Shown: positions 1 to 13,336 of the stretch, one piece after another
Position numbering within the stretch: position 1 is the stretch's first letter
How the letters are laid out: each line of letters opens with the position of its first letter
Origin: Eledone cirrhosa
Lineage: Eukaryota
DNA: 64,000 bases
Assembly (NCBI GenBank): GCA_964016885.1
Contig: OZ024747.1
Coordinates: 50,778,001 to 50,842,000 of the forward strand
Direction: 5' to 3'
Made by a program: the position numbers and the translations under genes
The notes under the pieces: model-generated
The model's database searches: none
Told to the model about the DNA's origin: nothing
The model's input: the letters and a program-made list of their open reading frames with translations, nothing else

Positions 1-3000
1 TGTTGGAGGTTGTGGTGTTGGAGGTAGTAGTGTTGGATGTAGTGGTGTTGGAGTTAGTGGTGTTGGAGGTAGTGGTGTTGGAGGTTGTGGTGCTGGAGGT
101 AGTGGTGTTGGAGTTAGTGGTGTTGGAGGTAGTGATGTTGGAGGTAGTGCTGTTGGAGGTAGTGCTGTCGGAGGTAGTGGTGTTGGAGGTAGTGGTGTTG
201 GAGGTAGTGATGTTGGAGGTTGTGGTGCTGGAGGTAGTGGTGTTGGGGTTAGTGGTGTTGGAGGTAGTGATGTTGGAGGTAGTGCTGTTGGAGGTAGTGG
301 TCTTGGAGGTAGTGATGTTGCAGGTAGTGGTATTAGAGGTAGTGGTATTAGAGGTAGTGGTGTTGGAGGTAGTGATGTTGGAGGTAGTGATGTTGGAGGT
401 AGTGGTGTTGGAGGTAGTGGTGTTGGAGGTAGTGGTGTTGGAGGTTGTGGTGTTGGAGGTAGTGCTGTTGGAGGTAGTTATGTTGGAGGTAGTGGTGTTG
501 GAGGTAGTGCTGTTGGAGGTAGTGATGTTAGAGGTAGTGGTGTTGGAGGTAGTGCTGTTGGAGGTAGTGGAGTTGGAGGTAGTGGTGTTGGAGGTAGTAG
601 TGTTGGAGGTAGTGCTGTTGGAGGTAGTGGTGTTGGAGGTTGTGATGTTGCAGGTAGTGGTATTAGAGATAGTGGTATTAGAGGTAGTGGTGTTGGAGGT
701 AGTGCTGTTGAAGGTAGTGGTGCTGGAGGTAGTGGTGTTGGAGGTAGTGGTGTTGGAGGTAGTGATGTTGCAGGTAGTGGTATTAGAGATAGTGGTATTA
801 GAGGTAGTGGTGTTGGAGGTAGTGCTGTTGAAGGTAGTGGTGCTGGAGGTAGTGGTGTTGGAGGTAGTGGTGTTGGAGGTAGTGGTGTTTGAGGTAGTGG
901 TGTTGGAGGTAGTGCTGTTGGAGGTAGTGGTGTTGGAGGTAGTGGTGTTGGAGGTAGTGGTGTTGGAGGTTGTGCTGTTGGAGGTAGTGGTGCTGGAGGT
1001 AGTTGTGTTGGAGGTAGTGGTGTTGGAGGTAGTGGTGCTGGAGGTAGTTGTGTTGGAGGTAGTAGCGTTGGAGGTAGTGGTGTTGGAGGTAGTGGTGTTG
1101 GAGGTAGTGGTGTTGGAGGTAGTGCTGTTGGAGGTAGTGAAGTTGGAAGTAGTGGTGTTGGAGGTAGTGCTGTTGGAGGTAGTTGTGTTGGAGGTAGTGG
1201 TGTTGGAGGTAGTGCTGTTGGAGGTAGTGCTGTTGGAAGTAGTGATATTTGAGGTTGTGGTGTTGGAAGTAGTGGTGTTGGAGGTAGTGGTGTTGGAGGT
1301 AGTGGTGCTGGAGGTAGTTGTGTTGGAGGTAGTGATGTTGGAGGTAGTGGTGTTGGAGGTAGTGGTGTTGGAGGTAGTGATGTTGGAGGTAGTGGTGTTG
1401 GAGATAGTGGTGTTGGAGGTAGTGGTGTTGGAGGTAGTGGTGTTGGAGGTAGTGGTGTTGGAGGTAGTGGTGTTTGAGGTAGTGGTGTTGGAGGTAGTGG
1501 TGTTGGAGGTAGTGATGGTGGAGGTAGTGGTGTTGGAGGTAGTGGTGTTGGAGGTAGTTGTGTTGGAGGTAGTGATGTTGGAGGTAGTGGTGTTGGAGGT
1601 AGTGGTGTTGGAGGTAGTGATGTTGGAGGTAGTGGTGTTGGAGGTAGTGGTGTTGGAGGTAGTGGTGTTGGAGGTAGTGGTGTTGTAGGTAGTGATGGTG
1701 GAGGTAGTGGTGTTGGAGGTAGTGGTGTTGGAGGTAGTGGTGTTTGAGGTAGTGGTGTTGGAGGTAGTGGTGTTAGTGGTTGTGGTGTTGGAGGTAGTGG
1801 TCTTGGAGGTAGTGGTGTTGGAGGTAGTAGTGTTGGAGGTAGTGGTGTTGGAGGTAGTGGTGTTGTAGGTAGTGATGGTGGAGGTAGTGGTGTTGGAGGT
1901 AGTGGTGTTGGAGGTAGTGTTGTTGGAGGTAGTGGTGTTGGAGGTAGTGCTTTTGGAGGTAGTGATGGTGGAGGTAGTGGTGTTGGAGGTAGTGGTGTTG
2001 GAGGTAGTCGTGTTGGAGGTAGTGGTGTTGGAGGTAGTGGTGTTGGAGGTAGTGTTGATTGATGTAGTGGTGTTGGAGGTAGTGGTGTTGGAGGTAGTGG
2101 TGTTGGAGGTAGTGGTGTTAGTGGTTGTGGTGTTGGAGGTAGTGGTCTTGGAGGTAGTGGTGTTGGAGGTAGTAGTGTTGGAGGTAGTCGTGTTGGAGGT
2201 AGTGTTGATGGATGTAGTGGTGTTGGAGGTAGTGGTGTTGGCGGTAGTGCTGTTGGAGGTTGTGGTGTTGGAGGTAGTGGTGTTGGGGTAGTTGTGTTGG
2301 AATAGTGGTGTTGGAGGTAGTGGTGTTTGAGGTAGTGGTGTTGGAGGTAGTGGTGTTGGAGGTAGTGGTGTTGGAGGTAGTGCTGTTGGAGGTAGTGTTG
2401 TTGGAGGTACTGGTGTTGGAGGTAGTGGTGCTGGAGGTAGTTATGTTGGAGGTAGTGGTGTTGGAGGTAGTGGTGTTGGAGGTAGTGGTGCTGGAGGTAG
2501 TGGTGTTGGAGGTAGTGGTGTTAGTGGAAGTGATGTTGGAGCTAGTGGTGTTGGAGGTAGTGGTGTTGGAGGTAGTGCTGTTGGAGGTAGTGGTGCTGGA
2601 GGTAGTGGTGTTGGAGGTAGTGGTGTTGGAGGTAGTGCTGTTGGAGGTAGTGGTGCTGGAGATAGTGGTGTTGGAGGTAGTGGTGTTGGGGGTAGTGGTG
2701 TTGGAATAGTGGTGTTGGAGGTAGTGGTGTTTGAGGTAGTGGTGTTGGAGGTAGTGGTGTTGGAGGTAGTGGTGTTGGAGGTAGTGCTGTTGGAGGTAGT
2801 GTTGTTGGAGGTAATGGTGCTGGAGGTAGTTATGTTGGAGGTAGTGGTGTTGGAGGTAGTGGTGCTGGAGGTAGTGGTGTTGGAGGTAGTGGTGCTGGAG
2901 GTAGTTATGTTGGAGGTAGTGGTGTTGGAGGTAGTGGTGTTGGAGGTAGTGCTGTTGGAGGTAGTGGTGCTGGAGGTAGTGGTGTTGGAGGTAGTGGTGT

Positions 3001-6000
3001 TGGAGTTAGTGGTGTTGGAGGTAGTAATGTTGGAGGTAGTGGTGTTGGAGGTAGTGCTGTTGGAGGTAGTGGTGCTGGATGTAGTGGTGTTGGAGGTAGT
3101 GGTGTTGGAGGTAGTGGTGTTGGAGGTAGTGGTGCTGGAGGTAGTGGTGTTGGAGGTAGTGGTGCTGGAGGTAGTTATGTTGGAGGTAGTGGTGTTGGAG
3201 GTAGTGGTGTTGGAGGTAGTGCTGTTGGAGGTAGTGGTGCTGGAGGTAGTGGTGTTGGAGGTAGTGGTGTTGGAGGTAGTGGTGTTGGAGGTAGTGGTGT
3301 TGGAGGTAGTGATGTTGGAGGTAGTGGTGTTGTAGGTAGTGGTGTTGGAGGTAATGGTGTTGGAGGTAGTGGTGTTGGAGGTAGTGGTGCTGGAGGTAGT
3401 GGTGTTGGAGGTAGTGCTGTTGGAGGTAGTGGTGTTGGAGGTAGTGGTGTTGGAGTTAGTGGTGTTGGAGGTAGTGCTGTTGGAGGTAGTGGTGCTGGAG
3501 GTAGTGGTGTTGGAGGTAGTGGTGTTGGAGGTAGTGGTGTTTGAGGTAGTGGTGTTGGAGGTAGTGCTGTTGGAGGTAGTGGTGTTGGAGGTAGTGGTGT
3601 TGGAGGTAGTGGTGTTGGAGGTTGTGCTGTTGGAGGTAGTGGTGCTGGAGGTAGTTGTGTTGGAGGTAGTGGTGTTGGAGGTAGTGGTGCTGGAGGTAGT
3701 TGTGTTGGAGGTAGTGGCGTTGGAGGTAGTGGTGATGGAGGTAGTGGTGTTGGAGGTAGTGGTGTTGGAGGTAGTGGTGTTGGAGGTAGTGGTGTTGGAG
3801 GTAGTGGTGTTGGAGGTAGTGGTGTTGGAGGTAGTGGTGTTGGATGTAGTGATGTTGGAGGTAGTGGTGTTGGAGGTAGTGGTGTTGGAGGTAGTGGTGT
3901 TGGAGGTAGTGGTGTTGGAGGAAGTGGTGTTGGAGGTAGTGATGTTGGAGGTAGTGGTGTTGGAGGTAGTGTTGGTGGAGGTAGTGGTGTTGGAGGTAGT
4001 GATGTTGGAGGTAGTGGTGTTGGAGGTAGTGGTGTTGGAGGTAGTGGTGTTGGAGGAAGTGGTGTTGGCGGTAGTGATGTTAGAGGTAGTGGTGTTGGAG
4101 GTAGTGGTGTTGGAGGTAGTGGTGTTGGAGGTAGTGGTGTTGGAGGTAGTGATGTTAGAGGTAGTGGTGTTGGAGGTAGTGGTGTTGGAGGTAGTGCTGT
4201 TGGAGGTAGTGGTGTTGGAGGTAGTGGTGTTGGAGGTAGTGCTGTTGGAGGTAGTGGTGTTGGAGGTAGTGGTGTTGGAGGTAGTGTTGTTGGAGGTAGT
4301 GGTGTTGGAGGTAGTGATTTTGGAGGTAGTGGTGTTGGAGGTAGTGGTGTTGGAGGTAGTGGTGTTGGAGGAAGTGGTGTTGGAGGTAGTGATGTTGGAG
4401 GTAGTGGTGTTGGAGGTAGTGATGTTGGAGGTAGTGGTGCTGGAGGTAGTGGTGTTGGAGGTAGTGGTGTTGGAGGTAGTGCTGTTGGAGGTAGTGGTGT
4501 TGGAGGTAGTGCTGTTGGAGGTAGTGCTGTTGGAGGTAGTGGTGCTGGAGGTAGTGGTGTTGGAGGTAGTGGTGTTGGAGGTAGTGCTGTTGGAGGTAGT
4601 GGTGTTGGAGGTAGTGGTGTTGGAGGTAGTGCTGTTGGAGGTAGTGATGTTGGAGGTAGTGGTGCTGGAGGTAGTGGTGTTGGAGGTAGTGGTGTTGGAG
4701 GTAGTGCTGTTGGAGGTAGTGGTGTTGGAGGTAGTGCTGTTGGAGGTAGTGATGTTGGAGGTAGTGGTGCTGGAGGTAGTGGTGTTGGAGGTAGTGGTGT
4801 TGGAGGTAGTGGTGTTGGAGGTAGTGGTGTTGGAGGTAGTGGTGTTGGAGGTAGTGGTGTTGGAGGTAGTGGTGTTGGAGGTAGTGCTGTTGGAGGTAGT
4901 GGTGTTGGAGGTAGTGATGTTGGAGGTAGTGGTGTTGGAGGTAGTGGTGTTGGAGGAAGTGGTGTTGGAGGTAGTGGTGTTGGAGGTAGTGGTGTTGGAG
5001 GTAGTGTTGGTGGAGGTAGTGGTGTTGGAGGTAGTGATGTTGGAGGTAGTGGTGTTGGAGGTAGTGTTGGTGGAGGTAGTGGTGTTGGAGGTAGTTGTGT
5101 TGGTGGTAGTATTGTTGGTGGTAGTGTTGTTGGTGGTAGTATTGTTGGAGGTAGTTGTGTTGGTAGTAGTATTGTTGGTGGTAGTGGTGTTGGAGGTAGT
5201 GATGTTAGAGGTAGTGGTGTTGGGGGTAGTGGTGTTGGAGGTAGTGCTGTTGGAGGTAGTGATGTTGGAGGTAGTGGTGTTGGAGGTAGTGGTGTTGGAG
5301 GTAGTGATGTTGGAGGTAGTGGTGTTGGAGGTAGTGTTGGTGGAGGTAGTGGTGTTGGAGGTAGTGATGTTGGAGGTAGTGGTGTTGGAGGTAGTGGTGT
5401 TGGAGGTAGTGATGTTGGAGGTAGTGGTGTTGGAGGTAGTGTTGGTGGAGTTAGTGGTGTTGGAGGTAGTGATGTTGGAGGTAGTGGTGTTGGAGTTAGT
5501 GGTGTTGGAGGTAGTGATGTTAGAGGTAGTGGTGTTGGAGGTAGTGGTGTTGGAGGTAGTGCTGTTGGAGGTAGTGATGTTGGAGGTAGTGGTGTTGGAG
5601 GTAGTGGTGTTGGAGGTAGTGTTGGTGGAGGTAGTGATGTTGGAGGTAGTGCTGTTGGAGGTAGTGGTGTTGGAGGTAGTGGTGTTGGAGGTAGTGGTGT
5701 TGGAGGTAGTGGTGTTGGAGGAAGTGGTGTTGGAGGTAGTGGTGTTGGAGGTAGTGGTGTTGGAGGTAGTGGTGTTGGAGGAAGTGGTGTTGGAGGTAGT
5801 GGTGTTGGAGGTAGTGGTGTTGGAGGAAGTGGTGTTGGAGGTAGTGGTGTTGGAGGTAGTGGTGTTGGAGGTAGTGGTGTTGGAGGAAGTGGTGTTGGAG
5901 GTAGTGATGTTGGAGGTAGTGGTGTTGGAGGTAGTGGTGTTGGAGGTAGTGATGTTGGAGGTAGTGGTGTTGGAGGTAGTGTTGGTGGAGGTAGTGATGT

Positions 6001-9000
6001 TGGAGGTAGTGATGTTGGAGGTAGTGGTGTTGGAGGTAGTGTTGGTGCAGGTAGTGGTGTTGGAGGTAGTGATGTTGGATGTAGTGGTGTTGGAGGTAGT
6101 GATGTTGGAGGTAGTGGTGTTGGAGGTAGTGGTGTTGGAGGAAGTCGTGTTGGAGGTAGTGATGTTGGAGGTAGTGGTGTTGGAGGTAGTGTTGGTGGAG
6201 GTAGTGATGTTGGAGGTAGTGATGTTGGAGGTAGTGGTGTTGGAGGTAGTGTTGGTGGAGGTAGTGGTGTTGGAGGTAGTGATGTTGGAGGTAGTGTTGG
6301 TGGAGGTAGTGGTGTTGGAGGTAGTGATGTTGGAGGTAGTGGTGTTGGAGGTAGTGGTGTTGGAGGTAGTGATGTTAGAGGTAGTGGTGTTGGAGGTAGT
6401 GGTGTTGGAGGTAGTGCTGTTGGAGGTAGTGGTGTTGGAGGTAGTGGTGTTGGAGGTAGTGGTGTTGGAGGTAGTGGTGTTGGAGGTAGTGTTGTTGGAG
6501 GTAATGGTACTGGAGGTAGTGGTGTTGGAGGTAGTGGTGCTGGAGGTAGTTATGTTGGAGGTAGTGGTGTTGGAGTTAGTGGTGTTGGAGGTAGTGCTGT
6601 TGGAGGTAGTGCTGTTGGAGGTAGTGGTGCTGGAGGTAGTGGTGTTGGAGGTAGTTATGTTGGAGGTAGTGGTGTTGGAGTTAGTGGTGTTGGAGGTAGT
6701 GGTGTTGGAGGTAGTGGTGTTGGAGGTAGTGCTGTTGGAGGTAGTGGTGCTGGAGGTAGTGGTGTTGGAGGTAGTGCTGTTGGAGGTAGTGGTGTTGGAG
6801 GTAGTTATGTTGGAGGTAGTGGTGTTGGAGTTAGTGGTGTTGGAGGTAGTGCTGTTGGAGGTAATGTTGCTGGAGGTAGTGGTGTTGGAGGTAGTTATGT
6901 TGGAGTTAGTGGTGTTGGAGTTAGTCGTGTTGGAGGTAGTGCTGTTGGAGGTAGTGGTGTTGGAGGTAGTGGTGTTGGAGGTAGTGGTGCTGGAGGTTGT
7001 GATGTTGGAGGTAGTGGTGTTGGAGGTAGTGATGTTGGAGGTAGTGGTGTTGGAGGTAGTGTTGGTGGAGTTAGTGGTGTTGGAGGTAGTGATGTTGGAG
7101 GTAGTGGTGTTGGAGGTAGTGGTGTTGGAGGTAGTGATGTTAGAGGTAGTGGTGTTGGAGGTAGTGGTGTTGGAGGTAGTGCTGTTGGAGGTAGTGATGT
7201 TGGAGGTAGTGGTGTTGGAGGTAGTGGTGTTGGAGGTAGTGTTGGTGGAGGTAGTGATGTTGGAGGTAGTGCTGTTGGAGGTAGTGGTGTTGGAGGTAGT
7301 GGTGTTGGAGGTAGTGGTGTTGGAGGTAGTGGTGTTGGAGGAAGTGGTGTTGGAGGTAGTGGTGTTGGAGGTAGTGGTGTTGGAGGTAGTGGTGTTGGAG
7401 GAAGTGGTGTTGGAGGTAGTGGTGTTGGAGGTAGTGGTGTTGGAGGAAGTGGTGTTGGAGGTAGTGGTGTTGGAGGTAGTGGTGTTGGAGGTAGTGGTGT
7501 TGGAGGAAGTGGTGTTGGAGGTAGTGATGTTGGAGGTAGTGGTGTTGGAGGTAGTGGTGTTGGAGGTAGTGATGTTGGAGGTAGTGGTGTTGGAGGTAGT
7601 GTTGGTGGAGGTAGTGATGTTGGAGGTAGTGATGTTGGAGGTAGTGGTGTTGGAGGTAGTGTTGGTGCAGGTAGTGGTGTTGGAGGTAGTGATGTTGGAT
7701 GTAGTGGTGTTGGAGGTAGTGATGTTGGAGGTAGTGGTGTTGGAGGTAGTGGTGTTGGAGGAAGTCGTGTTGGAGGTAGTGATGTTGGAGGTAGTGGTGT
7801 TGGAGGTAGTGTTGGTGGAGGTAGTGATGTTGGAGGTAGTGATGTTGGAGGTAGTGGTGTTGGAGGTAGTGTTGGTGGAGGTAGTGGTGTTGGAGGTAGT
7901 GATGTTGGAGGTAGTGTTGGTGGAGGTAGTGGTGTTGGAGGTAGTGATGTTGGAGGTAGTGGTGTTGGAGGTAGTGGTGTTGGAGGTAGTGATGTTAGAG
8001 GTAGTGGTGTTGGAGGTAGTGGTGTTGGAGGTAGTGCTGTTGGAGGTAGTGGTGTTGGAGGTAGTGGTGTTGGAGGTAGTGGTGTTGGAGGTAGTGGTGT
8101 TGGAGGTAGTGTTGTTGGAGGTAATGGTGCTGGAGGTAGTGGTGTTGGAGGTAGTGGTGCTGGAGGTAGTTATGTTGGAGGTAGTGGTGTTGGAGTTAGT
8201 GGTGTTGGAGGTAGTGCTGTTGGAGGTAGTGCTGTTGGAGGTAGTGGTGCTGGAGGTAGTGGTGTTGGAGGTAGTTATGTTGGAGGTAGTGGTGTTGGAG
8301 TTAGTGGTGTTGGAGGTAGTGGTGTTGGAGGTAGTGGTGTTGGAGGTAGTGCTGTTGGAGGTAGTGGTGCTGGAGGTAGTGGTGTTGGAGGTAGTGCTGT
8401 TGGAGGTAGTGGTGTTGGAGGTAGTTATGTTGGAGGTAGTGGTGTTGGAGTTAGTGGTGTTGGAGGTAGTGCTGTTGGAGGTAATGTTGCTGGAGGTAGT
8501 GGTGTTGGAGGTAGTTATGTTGGAGTTAGTGGTGTTGGAGTTAGTCGTGTTGGAGGTAGTGCTGTTGGAGGTAGTGGTGTTGGAGGTAGTGGTGTTGGAG
8601 GTAGTGGTGCTGGAGGTTGTGATGTTGGAGGTAGTGGTGTTGGAGGTAGTGGTGTTGGAGGTAATGGTGCTGGAGGTAGTGGTGTTGGAGGTAGTGGTGT
8701 TGGAGATAGTGATGTTGGAGGTAGCGGTGTTGGAGATAGTGGTGTTGGAGGTTGTGGTGTTGGAGGTAGTGGTGTTGGAGGTAGTGGTGTTGGAGGTAGT
8801 GCTGTTGGAGGTAGTGGTGTTGGAGATAGTGGTGTTGGAGGTTGTGGTGTTGGAGGTTGTGATGTTGGAGGTAGTGGTGTTGGAGGTAGTGGTGTTGGAG
8901 GTAGTGGTGTTGGAGGTAGTGGTGTTGGAGGTAGTGGTGCTGGAGGTTGTGATGTTGGAGGTAGTGGTGTTGGAGGTAGTGGTGTTGGAGGTAGTGGTGT

Positions 9001-9745
9001 TGGAGGTAATGGTGCTGGAGATAGTGGTGTTGGAGGTAGTGCTGTTGGAGGTAGTGGTGTTGGAGGTAGTGATGTTGGAGGTAGTGGTGCTGGAGGTAGT
9101 GGTGTTGGAGGTAGTGGTGTTGGAGGTAGTGGTGTTGGAGGTAGTGGTGTTGGAGGTAGTGCTGTTGGAGGTAGTGCTGTTGGAGATAGTGTTATTAGAG
9201 GTAGTAGTGTTGGAGGTAGTGGTGTTGGAGGTAGTGGTGCTGGAGGTAGTGGTGTTGGAGGTAGTGATGTTGGAGGTAGTGGTGTTGGAGGTAGTGCTGT
9301 TGGAGGTAGTGCTGTTGGAGGTAGTGCTGTTGGAGATAGTGTTATTAGAGGTAGTAGTGTTGGAGGTAGAGGTGGTGGCGGTAGTGGTGCTGGAGGTAGT
9401 GGTGTTGGAGGTAGTGATGTTGGAGGTAGTGGTGTTGGAGGTAGTGCTGTTGGAGGTAGTGCTGTTGGAGATAGTGTTATTAGAGGTAGTAGTGTTGGAG
9501 GTAGAGGTGGTGGCGGTAATGATGGCGTTGGTGTTAGTAGTGTTGGGGTGCTGAGGTGGTGTTGTAGGTTGCTTAAGCTAGTGCTGTTGGAGCAAGTGGC
9601 AGTGTTGGTAATGGTGTTAGAAGTGTTGGAGCTGTTTATGTTGGAAACAGGTAGTAGTGTTGAAGGTGGTAGTGGTGGAGGTAGTAGAGTGGTGTTGGAG
9701 AAGTTAGTGTTAACATCAGGTAGTAGTGTTGGAGGTAGAAGTATG
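1..9745. repeat. 15-bp tandem satellite (GGAGGTAGTGGTGTT)n, >600 units, running off the left edge
   Basis: Unit directly visible throughout; the + strand EVVVL ORFs are its translation; it decays into irregular sequence at ~9500-9745. Confidence 0.97.
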
Positions 9746-10030
9746 ATGTATATTTATTGATGAATTCTTTTCAACCAAATATATTTTACTTTTCTATATT
9801 TACGTTGTGATATTTTCATATATTTTTTCATCTTCTCACGAGTTAAAATTTATAAAGCTATTTTTTAATAAAATTTTTCGAAATTTTAATTTAAAATAAA
9901 ATAAAATCAACTAGTGGAAAAAATATAAAAACATATATGAAATATTGTTTTTATCTTTAGCTTGAATTAAATTATAAAGCAGACAGAATAGAATAAATTT
10001 AGCATAATTACAGACATATGAATGCACGAA

Positions 10031-10101
<71 letters not shown>

Positions 10102-11209
10102 CATGTGTGTGTCTGTGTATGCATGTGTGTATGTGCGTTTTTTTAAGATCTCTCTAGTGCATTTCTCTCTCTATATATATATGTATATGTATATATATAT
10201 ATGTATATATATATATATACGTATATATGTATATGACTGTAACTCAATTTGTAACAGCATCTAGGGGGACAACGAAACAATATAATAATGACAATTTATT
10301 TAAATAAAACGGATCTGTGGTAATGAAAATGTTGAGAAGTATTGAAAGAGAGGGATGTAGATATAATATATAAATATACTGATTTCTTTAATATGCACAA
10401 AGCTAGGAATGTGGCGGAAGGGAAATTTCCTTTAAATCGACAAAAATCCTGGTACCGTATTTTGTTATCCTGGAAGGATAGAAAACAAAGTTGATATCGG
10501 CACGATATGAACTCAGAATGTAGAAAGTCGTAACTAAATGCCGCAAAGTATTTTGTCCGATGCTCTATCGATGCTGCCAATCCACCCCCTTGACGGACAT
10601 ACATATAATATAGATAAGAGTGTGTTGTAGTGTGCTTGAAGCATTGTGCGAATTAGTATTTTATTAAAAGGTTACCACAATACAAATGGACATTAATTCT
10701 TACAAAATAATATAAGAATGATGCCGGAATTTTGGTCCTTATATTTCAGGATAAAAGCCCTTCATCAAATGAACTATGGAGAAAACTAATATGGAGGAAT
10801 ATATTATTTTCCGCTCTTAAGCTACCATTTATTTCATTTGAAAATGCTGTTTTGTTTTTCCAACGATGGAAGTGGTAAATGAATCACTTAGCTATGTTCT
10901 TCTTCAAGTGCAAGATCATAAATAAAAATTTATCGAAGCCAGAGATAGGAATATTGGCAATCTAAAATCTAAAGAATCTGTTCTAATGGCAATCCTGAAA
11001 GCCAAATCAACAACAGACTTGAATACAACCCCAGTGTCTAACGTAAACATATATACTACTACATTTCATTTCAGTTCAAAAATAGACACAGCCATGTCTG
11101 GGAACACATTAACATGTAACATCCCGCCATCTTATTTTTTAACAATTAATCTTCAATTGGCATTGTGGTAGACTTCGGATAAAACATTATCTTTTAATAC
11201 AGAAATATA

Positions 11210-11600
11210 TTGATTTCTTACGTAGGTACAAGGCTATTGTTTTAGGGAAAGACAAAGTCGATTGTAGCGACCCAGTACTTTAATGGTACTTTATTTTATC
11301 AACTCAGGAAAGATCATAGGCAAAATTGACTTCGGTGGGATTCGAACCCAAAATGTAACGAACCAAAATAAACGCTGCAATGTCATCCTACCTGACGCTG
11401 TACCAATTCTGCTAATTCATCACACTCTTGAATACTGACATAGACACAAGTCCATATTGAAGGAGAAAATATTCTATTATATTGATTTTATACTCAATTT
11501 AATCGATTGATATTTTATTTTATGGAGTCCAGTGGGATGAAAGAAATGGTTGACGTCAATGGGATTTGAACTCAGAACGTAAGAGTACGTAACTATATAT
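11210..11600 (-). mobile_element. Two old, degenerate tRNA-derived SINE copies
   Basis: Diverged ggtactttattttatc...gattcgaaccc and ggatgaaag...gggatttgaactcagaac motifs of the SINE family described below. Confidence 0.6.
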
Positions 11601-11698
11601 CGAGATGACCTGTGGGTCCAACAACTATCGATTATGAAAATCAAATTAAAATATAAAGAAAATTATAAGATATAGAATACATTCAAAATAATAAATAG

Positions 11699-12066
11699 TT
11701 GTTTCTACTTTTGGTGCAAGGCCAGCAATTATCCCAGTGTGTTACTGGTACTTTATTTTATCGACCCCGTAAGGATGAAAAGCAAAGTTAACCTCGACGG
11801 GATTTCAACTCAGATCGCAATGGGCCGTAACTCTATGCTACAAAGCATAGATACCGATACTGCCAATCCATAAATAATAAATAATAAATAATGTTTTCTA
11901 CTTTAGGCACAAGGCCAGCAATTACCCAGTGCATTACTGGTACTTTATTTTATCGACCCCGTAAGGATGAAAGGCAAAGTCAACCTCGGCGGGATTTGAA
12001 CTCAGATCGTAAAGGGACATAACTATGCTGGAAAGCATGGTGTCTGACCCTCTACCGATACTGCCA
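11699..12066 (-). mobile_element. Two tandem copies of the tRNA-derived SINE (11699-11870, 11893-12066)
   Basis: Both match the full copy at 20625-20820 in reverse; they are separated by an A/T-rich (AAT/AAAT) tract. Confidence 0.9.
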
Positions 12067-12069
12067 GAA

Positions 12070-12990
12070 CAAATATAATGATGATGATTATGATGAAATG
12101 ATGATGATGATTATGATGATGATGATGATGATGAAATGATGACGATGATGATGAGGAGGATGATAGTGATGTTAATGATGATGGTGATGATGATGATGGT
12201 GGTGATGGGGCTGGTTTGATGTTGATGGTGATGGTGTTGGTGATCGTGTTTGAGGTGAAAGTGTTGGTGTTGTTGATGGTGTTAGAGGTGATGTTGATGG
12301 TGAAGGTGATGGTAATGGTGTTGATGGCGATAGTGTTGATGATGGTGTTGGTAGTGATGGTGTTGGTGGTGATGGTGTTGGTGGTGATGGTGTTGATAGT
12401 GGTGGTGTTGATGATGATGTTGATGGTGTTGTTGATGGTGATGGTGTTGATGTTGGTGGTGGTGGTGTTGATGATGGTATTGATGGTGATGTTGATGGTG
12501 GTGGTGTTGGTGGCGATGGTGTTGGTGGTGATGGTGTTGATAGTGGTGGTGTTGATGATGGTGTTGATGGTGATGGTGGTGGTGTTGGTGGCGATGGTGT
12601 TGGTGGTGATGGTGTTGATAGTGGTGGTGTTGATGATGGTGTTGATGGTGATGATGGTGGTGTTGGTGGCGATGGTGGTGATGGTGTTGATCGTGGTGGT
12701 GTTGATGATGGTGTTGATGGTGATGGTGATGGTGTTGGTGGTGATGGTGATGGTGGTGATGGTGTTGATAGTGGTAGTGTTGATGATGGTTTTGATGGTG
12801 ATGTTGATGGTGATGATGTTGATAGTGGTGATGGTGTTGATAGTGGTAGTGTTGATGATGGTTTTGATGGTGATGTTGATGGTGATGGTGTTGACGGTGG
12901 TGACGGTGGTGATGTTGATTGTTGATGGTGGCGGTGGTGGTGATGACGTTGATGACAATGCTGGTGTTGAAGGTGGTGCTGGGTAAATGG
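12070..12990. repeat. (GAT/GGT/GTT)n trinucleotide low-complexity tract
   Basis: Directly visible; the T/I/N-, H/Q- and V/M-rich ORFs here are repeat translations. Confidence 0.9.
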
Positions 12991-13160
12991 GATGCCCTCT
13001 CAATAAATTGATGACGCAATCAATCAGCATGTGTATTCAGTTCAGAAACAACTTGCCAGATTCATCATCGTATTTCTGGGTACATACCTTTGTCCGTGTG
13101 TAAATATGTTTGGAAGTGTGCTGTGGTATTTTCTGCTGTAGCATGGTGTGGTAATAATTG

Positions 13161-13336
13161 ATTCTACTTTTGGCACAAGGCCAGCAATAACCCAGTGCAT
13201 TACTGGTACTTTATTTTATCGACCCCGTAAGGATGAAAGGCAAAGTTAACCTCGGCAGGATTTGAACTCAGTCCGTAAAGGGACGTAACTATGCTGCAAA
13301 GCATAGCGTCCGACCCTGTACCGATACTGCCAATCA
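13161..13336 (-). mobile_element. tRNA-derived SINE copy
   Basis: Reverse complement of the 20625-20820 type. Confidence 0.9.

Noticed and set aside
3-9554. Huge + strand EVVVL ORFs (up to 2071 aa)
   Set aside because: Translation of the 15-bp satellite; interrupted by TAG variants; implausible composition.
10750-10875. Possible + strand exon (AG..GT, one open frame)
   Set aside because: Unrecognised peptide, no neighbouring compatible exons; could be chance.
12023-13030. Overlapping 245-335-aa ORFs
   Set aside because: Repeat translations running into a SINE.
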